NCBI RefSeq assembly: GCF_006345805.1
Contig: NC_043019.1
Coordinates: 9,609,360-9,673,359 of the forward strand
Source of the DNA: Octopus sinensis
Taxonomy: Eukaryota
Direction of reading: 5' to 3'
Length of the DNA stretch: 64,000 nucleotides
The position numbers and the translations under genes were made by a program. Under the pieces are notes generated by a model. The model was not told the DNA's origin, made no database searches, and saw only the letters and a program-made list of their open reading frames with translations. This document shows positions 1 through 13,416 of the stretch, piece by piece (position 1 is the stretch's first letter; every line of letters begins with the position of its first letter).

Positions 1-1274
1 ACTGCAGCCAAAAGACAATGTGAAGTTGTCAGACACACATTCATCCTCCAGAACACAAGTGAAAGAAACACAATAGTCACCATATGTAGACAACTAACAG
101 AGAATTTTGTGTTGCAGTATGGAAGGCTGAACAAAAGTGATTTATGGTCAGGGAACATCATAATGGACTAGCAAGTTCTACTGATTCCCAAGGACTACAA
201 AGACATAAATGAACTGTGCCTGGTAAAAGGTACCAAAGTAAAGAGTATGAGATTGATGATACTAAATAGAAATCCTAGTTGTATTTGTTGGAGCAAAACA
301 TAAGTGCCTTGAAGAAATGAAAAAAATGAAGCAAAAATAATGACAATGAACAGCAAGAAAAATAAACCTCAGTTTTCAAAGCACCACCAGCTAAAACACT
401 GGAGATTGCAAAGAAAATATCACAAATAGATGAGAAAATACTTCATCACCTAATGGTACCAGCCTGTAGTGCTACACCTACAACATGCAATATGAAAGAA
501 ATAATTACAGATGACAATATGAAAGAGAAAAAATGAGGAAAAAATATCAGGGTAAAAGAACTAGATCAAACAATGAAAACAAGAATAAAATACCTGATCA
601 GGAAAATAAAGAAAATGAAAATGGAGATGACCTATCAGTTCTTCAAAAATCAAAAAAGCAGTTAATTGATAAAATTGTGCATTTGTGGAGGAATTTCTGA
701 ATTTATAAAGACAAAGACATTTTGGTTCAGAATATAAAACAGCATGAAAAAGTTAGATGATTGCATTATATCAAACTTTAAAAAGAATAACCCCTAAGCA
801 TCAAATGTTTAAAAAATGCTCACTGGTGCATTCTGATACATTTGAGCACAATTTGAGAAATGGTAAAGTGAATGGAGACATGGAGTATCCAACTCAACTT
901 AACCAGAAAATCTCTCATGTTTTATTTCTTTAAATTCTATCTTGTTTTGATTGTGCTTTGTTTCATTTCCATGCAACTGTGTGAGTGTGTGTGTGTGTGT
1001 GTGTGTTTGCACACGTGGGTTGAGGGGAGGGGTACCTTTAAAATTCTTGATGCATTCATATAATGAATATATCTCTTACCTGCTCCCTTTCCATTTTTAA
1101 ACATGATTTTTAAGACTCCACATTATGCCTTCTTTGTTTCCCTAATGAAAGTTATGTATTTATCATCTCTTTAAGCCCTTGTGGCTTATAAAGAAGAGAT
1201 TAATGCTATGATTATTATTATTATCACGAAGGTGGAGAAAGCAAATTCCTTACAGTGTCAGAAAAATTTGCCTT

Positions 1275-1680
1275 GCAGTATTTACTTTCGATCTTTACAT
1301 TCTGAGATCAAATCTCATCCAAAGACAACTTTGTCTTTCATCCTTTCAGGTTTGATAGAATAAAGTACCATCAGCTTTTAGCTAATAGTATTGACTGAAT
1401 CCCTTCCGTTCATAATTAGTGGCTTTGTGCTTAAATCAGAAACCATCATCATCATTATTAGGATGATTGATTGGTAGTTAGAGGAAAACAATGATTTATT
1501 ACAAAACAATGATTTATTTGTTCCAGCTCTTCACATCCTAAGTCCAAAGTTAATCTTGCCTTTCAACTTTTCAGAGATGATAAAATAAAGTACCAGTCCA
1601 GTCCTAGGCTAGATGGCATCAACTAACCTCAATTCCCAAATATTGATGGCTTTGTGCCTAAATTAGAAACAATTATTCTA
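1275..1680 (+). mobile_element. Two decayed copies of a SINE family (Deu/Nin-like central domain)
   Basis: Two related units containing ttctgagatcaaat...tttgtctttcatcctttcagg...gatagaataaagtacca. Related copies near 28630-28800 (minus) and 49540-49640. The domain name is from recollection only. Confidence 0.45.
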
Positions 1681-2589
1681 ATAAAACTGCATTTATTTTT
1701 CATTTGTTAGGAAAGGGTGAAAGGAAAGGTTGTGTAGCTTACATCCTTCTGAAAGGCAATTCTTATAACTCACAACCAGTATTTTACTTTTTAGTAACAC
1801 CCCTCGCCACACATACATTACTCCATCCTAAGAGGGAAGATAGCTGTTAGTTCAAAGGAAAAATAAACATTGTTTTGAAGTGCCTGAGTCTATCACAAAT
1901 TACTCAGGAGTTCAAGTGTGTGTGTGTGTGCATATGTTCATATGTTTCTGTGTCTGTATTTATATCTGACATGCACACACACACACACACATTTGTGTCT
2001 TTATTACCTACTAAATACACACACTTTCACACATGTTTCTAAGTCTGTTTAAAAGTTTGTGTTTTTCTTTCCATTCTTAGTGAAGTAAAAGGAATTCTTT
2101 CCCACATGAGACAATTGCTTTAGCCTTACCATAATGCCATCAAATTTATAGATGAAAAGATGCACACACAAACAAACAAAAAAAAAGAAATTTAGCACAT
2201 ATATTTTAATGCTACATATTGATATTCATAATTTTTTTTATTCTATGTATTAAGTGATTGATAAAATACTGTACTTATATATGCGGTTGTGAGTTGTTAT
2301 ATGTGTCAATATTCCCTTGCAAAACTGGTACTGTTTAGCACAGCTAAATAGAGTTAGGCTCTTAAAAAGTGCCAAATTTATATTCTTGTGTTAACAGATA
2401 ATGAACAGAATGTCATGCAGTGTGTTATATATGCATTCTTATGTCTATTTGTGCTTGCATATACATTATATGCATGCACACACACGCACACAAACATATT
2501 ATTTATATAGTGTTATAAATTTATTCTCTAACAGCCAATTTATCCAATTCATTTTTCTCAAATGAAGTTCCAAATTATATGCTTAGGAT

Positions 2590-2706
2590 GTATATATATC
2601 TGTGTGTGTATATGTGATTGTGTGTGTATGTACATATATATATACATGCTTGTATATATATGTGTGTGTGTGTTTATGAACATAAATATATATGTGTGTA
2701 TATATG

Positions 2707-2771
<65 letters not shown>

Positions 2772-2811
2772 TCACATATATATTTATGTACATACAGATA
2801 TATATATATAT

Positions 2812-2865
<54 letters not shown>

Positions 2866-2970
2866 ACATACGTACATGCAGATATATATATGTATATATA
2901 TTTATACATACATAGAGATATATGTGTATATATATATTATATATATATATAATATATATATATATATATA
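2590..2970. repeat. Compound (TA)n/(CA)n/(TG)n microsatellite
   Basis: Read directly from sequence. Source of the YI-repeat ORFs. Confidence 0.95.
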
Positions 2971-3357
2971 GTTATGGTATATTCTGTTAACAACATAATA
3001 GAGTACAATATAAAGTTCATCCACCTTCGGATTTCACCCTGTGCTATCCAGTAGTAACATTATGCATACTTCCAGGTTTGCATTTGGGCTTCTGCATGTG
3101 TGAAGAGATAATTGAAAAAACTTGGAGACAACAAGAGCATGGTTGGGCATATATTGTTTGTAGTTCTCCAGGCATGCTGCTATTTGATTATGCAACTGTT
3201 TCCCTGCATTATGAGATCTAGTTGTGCTTCCTTAGGTGATATGTAAATATTGTCTCCGTAAGTTAAAACTCTCAGCTTCAAGAGCTTCCACTCTGTCTGT
3301 CGTGATCTGGAGTTAATAGTAACCATTTGCTTATCAAACGTGTGTTGTTGCTGATAT

Positions 3358-3401
<44 letters not shown>

Positions 3402-3956
3402 GAGAGAGAGAGAGAGATATAATGATAGAAAATAGAATGAACATTATTTATCTTAAATCGTTATAATTGTTTCTACACATTTTTACCCCTGTATAACATT
3501 GGTGAGAAGTGTAATCATTATCATACATCCAGGGTGCAAAATGATCGCATCATTGTTCATTTGTTTGCTTGGTTTCCCTGATGAGTTGAGAGTTGAATGT
3601 CATACATACTGAATACCTGACTGTACTATGCTTATGTTATAAAAATGAGTCTTCACAAAACAATTGTAACCATAACACATAACACATTAGTCATTTTGTT
3701 TTTTCTGTTTTTACACCGTAGTTAGGGTTCCAGTTAACGTTGGATACTTTTGGATACTACTAAAGTTATGGATTACCGTCCAGCAGTGAACTAACCTTTA
3801 TCAATGCATTCTGTGCTATGATAATGAATTAATTGTTTGTTTTGCATCATTCTGTCTAGCCAATTTGTGGCATGCTTCACTTTGACATGCCTCAATCCTT
3901 TATGGATCCCCTATAAAAAAAACTATATATATAGTACATGTGTGTGTATAGATATT

Positions 3957-4000
<44 letters not shown>

Positions 4001-4001
<1 letters not shown>

Positions 4002-4140
4002 TTTATTTAAAGCAGCAGAAAATTCAACAAAACCTGTTATTCTGAGTTTCACGTTGCCGTTCGTCGGACAGCATATTACTCTACCACTGGTATTTGAGTA
4101 CTCTTTTTTCCACCTTGTTTCACATTTATATGTTTACTCC

Positions 4141-4143
<3 letters not shown>
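4001..4143. mobile_element. Mini Penelope-like pseudo-LTR fragment with 5' inversion, inserted in (TA)n
   Basis: Flanked by (TA)n on both sides. 4001-4071 and 4072-4143 are homologous to the two adjacent segments at 39363-39495 but in opposite relative orientation. Contains a hammerhead motif. Confidence 0.6.
4034..4071 (-). ncRNA. Minimal type I hammerhead ribozyme variant or relic
   Basis: Minus strand CTGT-CCGACGA-ACG(GCAA)CGT-GAAA-CTCAGA-ATA-ACAG. Stem I is CTGT/ACAG, stem II is 3 bp with a GNRA loop, and stem III is near-palindromic (ACTC-A-GAAT, one mismatch). Core U4 is C. Confidence 0.55.
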
Positions 4144-4201
<58 letters not shown>

Positions 4202-4228
4202 ATATATATATGTATGTATATATGTATA

Positions 4229-4443
4229 CGAGGAGTGCTGAAAAGTTCCTAGCTTTAAGGGTATCACGAAAGCCTTGTTGGAGGCCCAACCTTCTGAGTT
4301 CTTTTGTGGGTCTTAGAAAAATTGAAGGACTGCTGCCATAAGTGTGTGAATCTGTGACGGGAAGATGTTGAATAAAGTTATAATTAACTGATCCTCCTGT
4401 ATTTTCTTTTACCCTAAAATCAGGAACTTTTCAGTACCCACTG
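4229..4443. mobile_element. Mariner-type MITE
   Basis: Imperfect ~29-bp TIRs (cgaggagtgctgaaaagttcctagcttta / taaaatcaggaacttttcagtacccactg), flanked by TA at both ends. Confidence 0.7.
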
Positions 4444-4892
4444 TATGTGTATATATATATATCATCATCATCCTCATCATCATTGAATGTCCATTGTTCA
4501 TGCTGGCATGGTTTGCTTGGTTTGACCATGGCTGGCAAACTGGAAGGCAGCACCAAACTCCAGTTTGATTTGGCATAGTTGCTACAGCTGGATGCCCTTC
4601 CTACACACATGCACATAAACATGCAGTTTTAATTATTCATATCTATCAGTATACAAATAATTATACATAAATAAAACTATGAGTCAACAGTATATTTTTT
4701 TATGTTTTTTCTTTCCTTTTTTTTTATTGTGAGTCTATGCAAAAGTTGAATACCACTTCCTAATTCGGAACAGGTATATTTCTCAGTGAATCATATTTGC
4801 TGATAAAAAAGACATGAGAAAAAAATATGTCTTTATTGTTAAATGTAACAAAATGCTAATCATGAATAAAAGTGAATTTATTAATTAGCATA

Positions 4893-4962
4893 TATTTTCT
4901 ATTTTCCTTGCAGGTAAGTTTCAGAATGAATTTTGCAATATTTCAACAACAGACAGGTAGGA
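4893..4962 (+). promoter_or_regulatory. Candidate recursive splice site (ratchet point) with 43-nt RS-exon 4914-4956
   Basis: tattttctattttccttgCAG|GTAAGTtt: pyrimidine tract and acceptor directly abutting a consensus donor at 4913/4914. A second donor CAG|GTAGGA follows at 4956/4957. Branch-like ttaat at 4881 and ctaat near 4856. Confidence 0.65.
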
Positions 4963-5766
4963 CTGACTTTTAAAGGCTTTGTTTTGATGAATATTTTGTT
5001 TGATTTTTAAAGTTTGATTGGATAGTTCAATTGTCTTTTGGGTTTTTTTCCCTGTAAATATATTAATATTGTTTTATAGAGATATAGTGACACAGGCAGT
5101 GCTTTCTTAAGGTATGTTATGGGTGTTGTAGCATAAAGATCCAGGTGGCTCATAAATGGTATAGTATCATCATATTTTAATGGTGTGGATGCCCACTTCT
5201 TTGATAAAGAATCAGGTCTATGAGCATCTAAAGATGGCTTTGAACAATGTTCACTGCAGAGCAATAATAATAGTATGCAGATAACTGGTTACATGATAGT
5301 TACAATGTGCATATGATGACTAGATAAATTATTGGATATAGAATGTCAAAAGTCCTTGTGTCCCCTGCCATAAAGCCGTTTTGTTTTGTTTTATTTTTAG
5401 TCATGTATGTTATATAGATGAGATGATAAAAGATTATAAATCCTGATAATTTGTGTTGGACTTGTCATCAGGCAAGTGTTATGAGTGAAAACTCAGGGTA
5501 GGCTGCTGCTATTAACAATATGAATTGTCAAAAGTCCTTATGAAAAAAGATACACAAACACACACACACATTCACACACACACACACACATAGACACACA
5601 CCCATGCACACAAACACACATATCAGCTGGGGGATGCAAACAGGAAAATAGAACTCAGACCATGAGTAGATATATACATTTTTCATTAATATTGACAGAA
5701 GTTACGGAGTGACTCAAGGACCAAGAGTTAATGTTTGTTGGCACTTGCCACTTTGATAAGTGCCAA

Positions 5767-5811
<45 letters not shown>

Positions 5812-8800
5812 TTTTGCTCCTGATCCTCACATTCCTTTTATTGTTGTTGGATATGTATTTATCAGTTGAAATACATAACTTTTGTAGGAAAATAATATGA
5901 TCCCCAAGAGATGCCTGACCAACCTGCCAGTGCTATCCATGCAATATACAAAGCTAATATGTACCCCCAGCCTGTGCTTTATGGTGTTTTGTGGATATGT
6001 TTTCTTTCATCTGTCACTACACCTTCAATACTGCCTTAGACAGGGGGTGAAAAATGCAAAGCCAAAGCAGCCTCACAACTATTTAGTAGGGATAATCCAT
6101 CTGCATGCTAAAGGGAAATACAGTTATCTATGCATATTCATGTTTTCAAGATATATCCAGCTGGATTATATATTTCTGAAAGTTGGATAATTTGCAGGAA
6201 CTAAAGAAAAACAGAAGTGGACACATTAATTTTGAGGTACTTGAGTCATGGCACTGTTTCCACTATTGTTATGCATCATGTTAGTCTGGATTTGTTTTGC
6301 TGACAGCAAAGAATTTCTGAACTTGCACCTATGACCAACTTGTTCTTTATAGGATTGAAAGATTTTGAGTTGTTCATTTTTGTTGTTGTAATACACACAC
6401 ACACACTCACACACATATGTGTGTGTGTATATGCATGTCTGTATTTGTATGTATGTACACATACTCAAACACAGGAAAATTCTTCAGCAAAGATTATAGA
6501 AACAAGAAATATGAGGAAATATTTAAATTTCAACAATTTAAATATAACTAAAGACACACACATAAAAAGATAAGCATACATATTCAAAATCACACACTCG
6601 TATACATACATGTGTGTGTGTGTAGTATCATGCTGTATATTACTGGTTATGGCATATAACTGGTCTGTTACCAACAATTTCATGCCAACTATTGCACTTG
6701 GAAATATCGATGAATCTGCAGACATTCTGGCTGGAAACACATTGCCTCTTTGATGCTGGAGGTATGCATAGTTCTGGTTGGCTCAATCTTGGGGGAAAGA
6801 ACTGGAGTGAAATGAAGGGAAAAGTTCTAACATTTTCCAAGAAAGATTTTCCCCACCTTTGTGTCAACCATGATGGTTGACACAACCAACATAACAGCTG
6901 TGTGTGTGTGTGTGGTTGTGCATGTACATGTCTATCATTCCTGCATCTGAAAATAGGGAGAACCATATAATCCTCTCAAATTTCCATTCACAAGGGCAGC
7001 ATTCAAATATTTTGTGTTTTGAATTCAAGACAGAATTTTGATTGTGTCCAATATTTTAGAATGGTTACTCTTTGCTAAGCAAGTCTTGCAACACCTACTT
7101 CCATTCAGATATACTCCAAGCTGTTGGACCATATTTTGCAGTGGACTACAAGCAAACAGTAACACTCAATGCCCCCAGCAAGACCATTGTTTAAATCAGT
7201 GAACACTCGTTTATATTAGTAACAGTTTTCTGTTATCAATATATCTTGATGAGATGGGTTAATACATCACATTTGAGTCAATTAAATGTCTATTATAATT
7301 GTGTAATCAAATAAACAATGATGTTGTATGCCATTGAAACAGATGTAGAGGTCACCTGGGCAAATTATGAATTGTATGTGAAATTCTTGCATTTCTTTTT
7401 TTATATCCTATATAAAGGCAGTGCTCCAGCATGACCACAGTCAAGTGACTGAAACAAATAAAAGAATAAAAGAATGTGTACACACTCACAAAACACACAT
7501 GCAATGGGCTTCTTTCAGTATTTGTCTACCAAATTGACTCACATCTATAACCCAAGGTCATAAATGTAGAGGTACATAAAGGTGGTTATGGTAGAGGTGC
7601 ATAGGTGTGATGGCAGATATGAAAGGATGTTGAGAATGATAGTAGATATGTGAGATATGAAAATGGAGTATTGCAAAGGAAAGTGGTTACTAAGGGAACA
7701 GAAAAGAAGTCGTCTATGGAAATAGCATTGGAGAAGAAAGGATAATGAAAATAAGGGATGGAAGTGGTTCCAGTGGGGCTGGAGGTAACTGATTGCACAA
7801 AGAAAGTGGAGCAGAGTAATATGTGTTAATTCTGTCTTCAAGTGATTACAGTTGCTAATTAGTGCCAGATATAGAGTGTTGGGTGAATGAAATGTGGCAA
7901 ATGTTCATGGGGCAGATTGAGTTACAAGCATAAACAGAATGCTTTTCGAATATCATTTTTTTACAATGATGGACAGGGTTTCTGAAGCACATTGAATCGC
8001 CAATCATCTCAGTTCCTTGTCATCTCCTCCATGGCTCAGATCTTGAAATCAGCCTTCCCTACTTTATTCCTGTACAAAAAAACACACACACACACACTCA
8101 TATATGATCATCACCACACACATATATATGTATGAAACGTATGTTTGTATGTATATATGTGTGTGTTTGTGTGTGTGTATGTAAATGTTTACCTATATAT
8201 TTTTAATTATCATTGTTTTAAAGTCTACTTTTCTGTTTGCATGGGTCAGATGGAATTTTTTTGAAGCTATAATACAAGTCACTTGTACAAGGTGCCATGC
8301 AGTGAGACTGACCCAGAGATAACATAGCTGGAAAGCAAGTTTTGTAACTATAGAGTTGCATCTGTGTGTGTGTGTATGTGTGTGTATGTGTGTGTGCACG
8401 CATATCATTATTATCGTTTAACATCTGTCTTCCATGCTGCTGTGGGTTAGACATTTTGGCAGGAGCTGGCAAACCAGAAGACTGCACCAAGCCCTACTAT
8501 CAGCTTTGACATGGTTTCTACATTTAGATGCCCATCCTAACACCAACCATTTTACAGGGTGTACTGGGTACTTTTTATGTAGCACCAGCATGATAAGATA
8601 ACCAGGGAAGTTGCAAGACAGAGATTCCCCAACTGAGAGGGGTTATTGGTATTGAGGGAGCATTTGTGCCAGGGGATGAGTTAAACTATTGCAGAGAGAG
8701 AGAAACAAGTGTCTTGCTGTAGAGGAGATACATGGTCACCCCAGTTGGAGGGAGGGAGGGAGAGAGAGAGAGAGAGAGATGGTGATGATATGTTAGGGCA

Positions 8801-8979
8801 TACCCTAGATGTACAAGGAAGTGAATGGAAATGGAGTGGTAGAGAGAAGAGTGGAAGGAAAGGGGAATGCAGTGAATGGTGAAACACAGGTATATAGGGA
8901 AGCAACAACATGGTAGCAAGGATACAGTTGACAAATACCTCAAGGGAATCTCCAGGGCATTTGGGAACATCTAATTCCT

Positions 8980-9545
8980 ATGTGTCTTTGATGTTTATTG
9001 TTCATGCGAGTCTGTCACTTTCTCCGTTAACTTACTTGTGATTCCACTGCACCTGTTATTTGTTCATAGCTTGCACTGAGTGCAATGAATGGAATTCCGT
9101 CCAACATCTTCCCCACATATTGAGCAGGATCTTTTACCTGACAGAAGGAGAGTGTTAACTGCTTTGTTGCTAACAACAACTTTGGTCTTCACTAGATCAA
9201 CTTTAAGGCCCTTCGGTTCCAGTTTTACTTCCATACATGGAATTTCTTTTCCAATTCTGATATAGGTTGTGCTACAAGAGTGAGGTCCTCTGCATATAGT
9301 AGCTCCTTTGGGTTCCCAGTTTTAAATTACCTTGTAATGACCTGGAAGTCTATGATGAATAAGACGAGACTGAAAACCAAATTCTGGTGAACTCTTACTT
9401 GTACACTAAATTCATGATTGTACTCAAGGCTGAATCTCGTGCAACTGACAGCAACCTTATACATAGATTGTACAGCACTAACAAGCCACTCGTGTCTAAT
9501 CTTGACTTCCTTAGAGCCTACTAGATAGCAGAATGAGGAACTCTG
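8980..9545 (-). pseudogene. Decayed RTE-clade LINE reverse transcriptase fragment
   Basis: Minus-strand translation gives VHQNLVFSLVLFII (cf. GVHQGSVLSPLLF), LLYAEDLTL (YADD-like) and GLKVDLVKTKV, with stops and frameshifts. Confidence 0.75.
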
Positions 9546-9554
9546 CCCACTCAC

Positions 9555-9705
9555 GGAGTGGTTGGCATCAGGAAGGGCATCCAGTTGTAGAAACCATGTC
9601 AAATCAGACTGTAGTCTGGTGCAGCCTTCCAGCTTGCCAGCCCTGGTCAAGCCGTCCAACCCATGCCAGCATCGACAGCAGACACTAAATGATGATGATG
9701 ATGAT
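9555..9705 (+). mobile_element. Representative of an abundant RTE-tail-like repeat ending in (ATG)n
   Basis: tggttggcatcaggaagggcatccag...aacccatgccagcat...ttaaatgatgatg. About 20 related copies on both strands, e.g. 4470, 8420, 12430, 13480, 18170, 23460, 23970, 41520, 46530, 50720, 61683. Confidence 0.8.
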
Positions 9706-10022
9706 ATATACATATATTTTCAGCTTGTCATCCTTCAATACGAAAAAACACCACAATCTTCCATCACAATAACCCACTATTGTCCCTGAAAGTTGATTTT
9801 TTATATTTACTATAGATAGCTTGAAGCTAACTTTCTTCCTACAGTTCTGCCCTCAAAGTGTGGAAGCTTTAGAAAACACATACCGGACTTGGGAGTATGA
9901 TGGTTCTTCTGGGGTTTATTGACCTTGATATTCTTCAGGCACCATTGTTTAGCTAAAGATGGGGTAGCTATTCAGGGTTAGGTCTCTGAGGAACTGTTTG
10001 GTGTTGACAGCTTTATCACATC

Positions 10023-10091
<69 letters not shown>

Positions 10092-11289
10092 ATATATATA
10101 TATGCATAAATGTATATGCAGAGATAGATAGACAGACGGACAGGCAGATGATGTATTTATATATAAAACCCATCTTATCTCTCAGTCCTCCCCTATCTTA
10201 TTAATTTCCAACACCAGTTCCTGTCTTTCTTATCCCTTCCTCTCACAATTTGCAAGATGCCCTCGTTAGTTCTTGTGCCACAAAGAACACATTCGGTATA
10301 TTCTATTGGCTGATTGCATTAGGAAGAGAAGTTATCTATGGAAATGGTACTGAAGCAGGCATTGGAGCATGATGTAGTCCTCTGACATGTTGGATCCTGT
10401 TAAACAGTTTAATTTAAGCAATCATTAGAGGCAGACGTTATATGTTGATAATGATGAAGACAGCAGTGGCATGCACCTATAGATGAACATGGAGATTTGC
10501 TTAGATACTGCCTAGTTTTACTTATCTAGTTTTCTTCCCAACACTTAATTTCTATTTTATGTGTCTTCAATAGGATTCTAAAGATATAATACTCAGAGCA
10601 TTTTTCAACAAAGGGCGTGCATTTGTGTAACAATACTGTGTCATCACCATTTATTGATTGCATCAACTATAAACAGCACTTATTCAGAAGAATGTGTAAG
10701 TTCTGCCATTGCTTGATGACAGAACAGTTATGAGATCTGTGCCTATAGCCGACTCGTTACACCACATGACAAGTCTTATTCTTGTTAGCTTGTTAGGTGT
10801 TATAACATGAGCTGATCAGCTAACTGGGGCTTGACATAATATCAACAGAATTACTGACAGGCTGTGCTTTTGTCTTTGATAGTCTTAGCGTGAGAGTAAT
10901 TAACTGTGCACTTATAAGCTACTCCATACAACTTAACTCTTTCATTCACATTATATAATTTCCTGTGTGATGGTTGGCATCAAATTTCATAATTTCAATT
11001 GCATTAGACATCATGTCTTTCCTATCAGTCAAACATCAAAATTAAAAATAAATTATAATGCTGGCCTTTGATTCAAAAAAATCAATTAAAGTTTCAAAAA
11101 TATAATTTTAGCGTCAAGTGAGGGGCATTGTAAAGTTTTGGGCAGCATGGTGTCTTAAGGTTGAGAAGTTTCTTTCACTTGACTTTGAGTGTAAATACAG
11201 CAAGAAGCTGTAATTTTGAGGTTTACTACTTAACTTGTTGAATCTCTCTTACTTGCTCCTGTGACCCAGCATGGTTTCTATTCAAGAAG

Positions 11290-12310
11290 AAGCTGCCTTA
11301 CACAGCTTTTGCTTATATGGGGATATGATATATCTTGACTTTGCAAAAGCTTTTGATAAGGTCAATCATGGGATGATATGTTACAGGCTACAGAGGCTTG
11401 GTATAGTTAGAAAACTGAGAATGGTTACATGACTTCTTAAAAGACAGAAGCCAGGCTGTGCCAGCCAGTGGAGCCCCGTCCAAGCAGACAGTAACAGAGT
11501 GGAGTGCCTCAAAGATCTTTCTTGGGGGCCTCTGTTGTTTATGGTGGCTCTTTCAGATATGCCATCATTTGCACAGACAACCACACTTACTAGCTATGCT
11601 GATGACGCAGGTAGTACAAGCAGTCAAGGAAACGTCTGATGCTGATCTTCTACAGAAAGAATGAGATGCCATATATAGATGGGCTGAAGAAAACAACATG
11701 CAAATAAATGCATGGAAATTCCAAGCCCTCTTGGATCAAAATCTATAGCAAGCCAGAGTCATGTACTGTACATGACTCTGGGAATTGATGTGAGCAACCA
11801 TGCCTCGTTTCATGTACACATCACCTAGATGGTGGCAATGTGTATGTGAATGACTGGATGGATTCTGAGGACTTTCGGAACAAGGGACCAAGAAACCATG
11901 CCAATTATATGGAGGACATCATACTCAGCTGTTTGGACTACTGCTCTCAACTGTGGTCACCCAACAGTGTCAAAGTGAAAGCAGAACTTGAGGCAGTTCA
12001 GTGGTGCTGCACCAGGAGGATTGCATCAATAGAGCTACAACTCTACTCCCCGGAGCAAAGACGGGAGAGATATGCAGTGATATCTATATGGAAGATCCTG
12101 GAGGGGTTGGCACCAAACTTTGGCATTGAGAGCTATACCAGCCTCTGAACTGGACGTTGCTGTACTGTCCCAAAGATCCCGGCTGTCCCATCTAGTGTGA
12201 GGACCATGTATTGCAGCAGTTTGGAATTCAAAGGCCCACAGTTACTTAAGGTTTTGCTGAAATATCTGAGAGCTCTTCATGGAGTAGGAGTAGATGTAGA
12301 GTATAGGTCT
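11290..12310 (+). pseudogene. Decayed CR1-clade LINE ORF2 (RT and C-terminal region)
   Basis: YLDFAKAFDKVNHG at 11331, SGVPQ near 11498, SYADD near 11592, then LDYCSQLWSP and EQRRERYAVISIWKILEGLAPNFGI. Frameshifted. Confidence 0.85.
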
Positions 12311-12959
12311 CTCATAAATATGGAACAATTTGACCTCAGATATTATCCCATAAACCGGCCTCCTCCAATAAAATATATATGTATACATACATATGTATAG
12401 CACCCATGCAATGCTACATAAAAGCACCCAGCATATTCTGAAAAGTGGTTGGTGTTAGGAATGGCAACCAGCTATAGAAATCGGAGTGGAGTCTAGTGCA
12501 GCTTCCCAGCTTGCAAGCTCTGGTCAAACTGCCCAACTCATGCCAGCATGGACAATAGACGTTAAATGATGATTATGATGATGATAATATATACATACAT
12601 ATATACATATATACACACACACATATATATGGTACTTATTCTATTGGCCCCTTTTGCCAAACCACCAAGTTATGGGTACATAAACACACCAGCACCAGTT
12701 GTCAAGCTGCAGAGGGAGCCAAATACAGACATAAACATACACGTGTGTGTGTGTGTGTGTGTGTGTATGAATGCATGCTTGTATGTATGTATGTATGTAT
12801 ATATATATATATATATATATAATTGTAGTGGCGGTTTTTTTGACTATTTATTAAAATTTTATGTATTGATTAAGTCTTTCCTTGTTTGTTTTGCAAAATA
12901 GTGGTTTTGTCTCTAATAATATTTTATATATATATATATACATATACACACACACATAT

Positions 12960-13115
12960 GACATGCTTCTTTCAGTTTCCGTCTACCAAATCCACTCACA
13001 ATGCTTTGGTCAGCTTGGGGCTATAGTAGAAGACACTTGCCCAAGGTGCCACTTAGTGGGACTGAACCCAAAACCATGTGGTTGGGAAGCAAGCTTCTTA
13101 CCACATAGCCACACC
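12960..13115 (-). mobile_element. tRNA-head SINE 5' part (copy 1 of an exact tandem pair)
   Basis: Minus strand A-box-like TGGCTATGTGG and B-box-like GGTTCAGTCCC, followed by ggcaagtgtcttctactatagc...gtagacggaaactgaaagaagc. Confidence 0.8.
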
Positions 13116-13123
13116 TATATATA

Positions 13124-13197
<74 letters not shown>

Positions 13198-13210
13198 CAC
13201 ACACACATAT

Positions 13211-13366
13211 GACATGCTTCTTTCAGTTTCCGTCTACCAAATCCACTCACAATGCTTTGGTCAGCTTGGGGCTATAGTAGAAGACACTTGCCCAAGGTGC
13301 CACTTAGTGGGACTGAACCCAAAACCATGTGGTTGGGAAGCAAGCTTCTTACCACATAGCCACACC
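13211..13366 (-). mobile_element. tRNA-head SINE 5' part (copy 2, identical, offset 251 bp)
   Basis: Base-for-base identical to 12960-13115 by eye. Confidence 0.8.

Positions 13367-13416
<50 letters not shown>

Noticed and set aside
1-870. Purine-rich, ORF-like stretch, possibly a LINE ORF1 relic
   Set aside because: It has many stops and no recognisable motif, so it cannot be assigned.
3565-3605. CTGATGAG hammerhead-like core
   Set aside because: There is no GAAA at the right position and no stem I or stem II pairing.
6861-6883. Perfect 10-bp hairpin gtgtcaacca-tga-tggttgacac
   Set aside because: It is isolated, has no Helitron CTRR end, and is plausible by chance in 64 kb.
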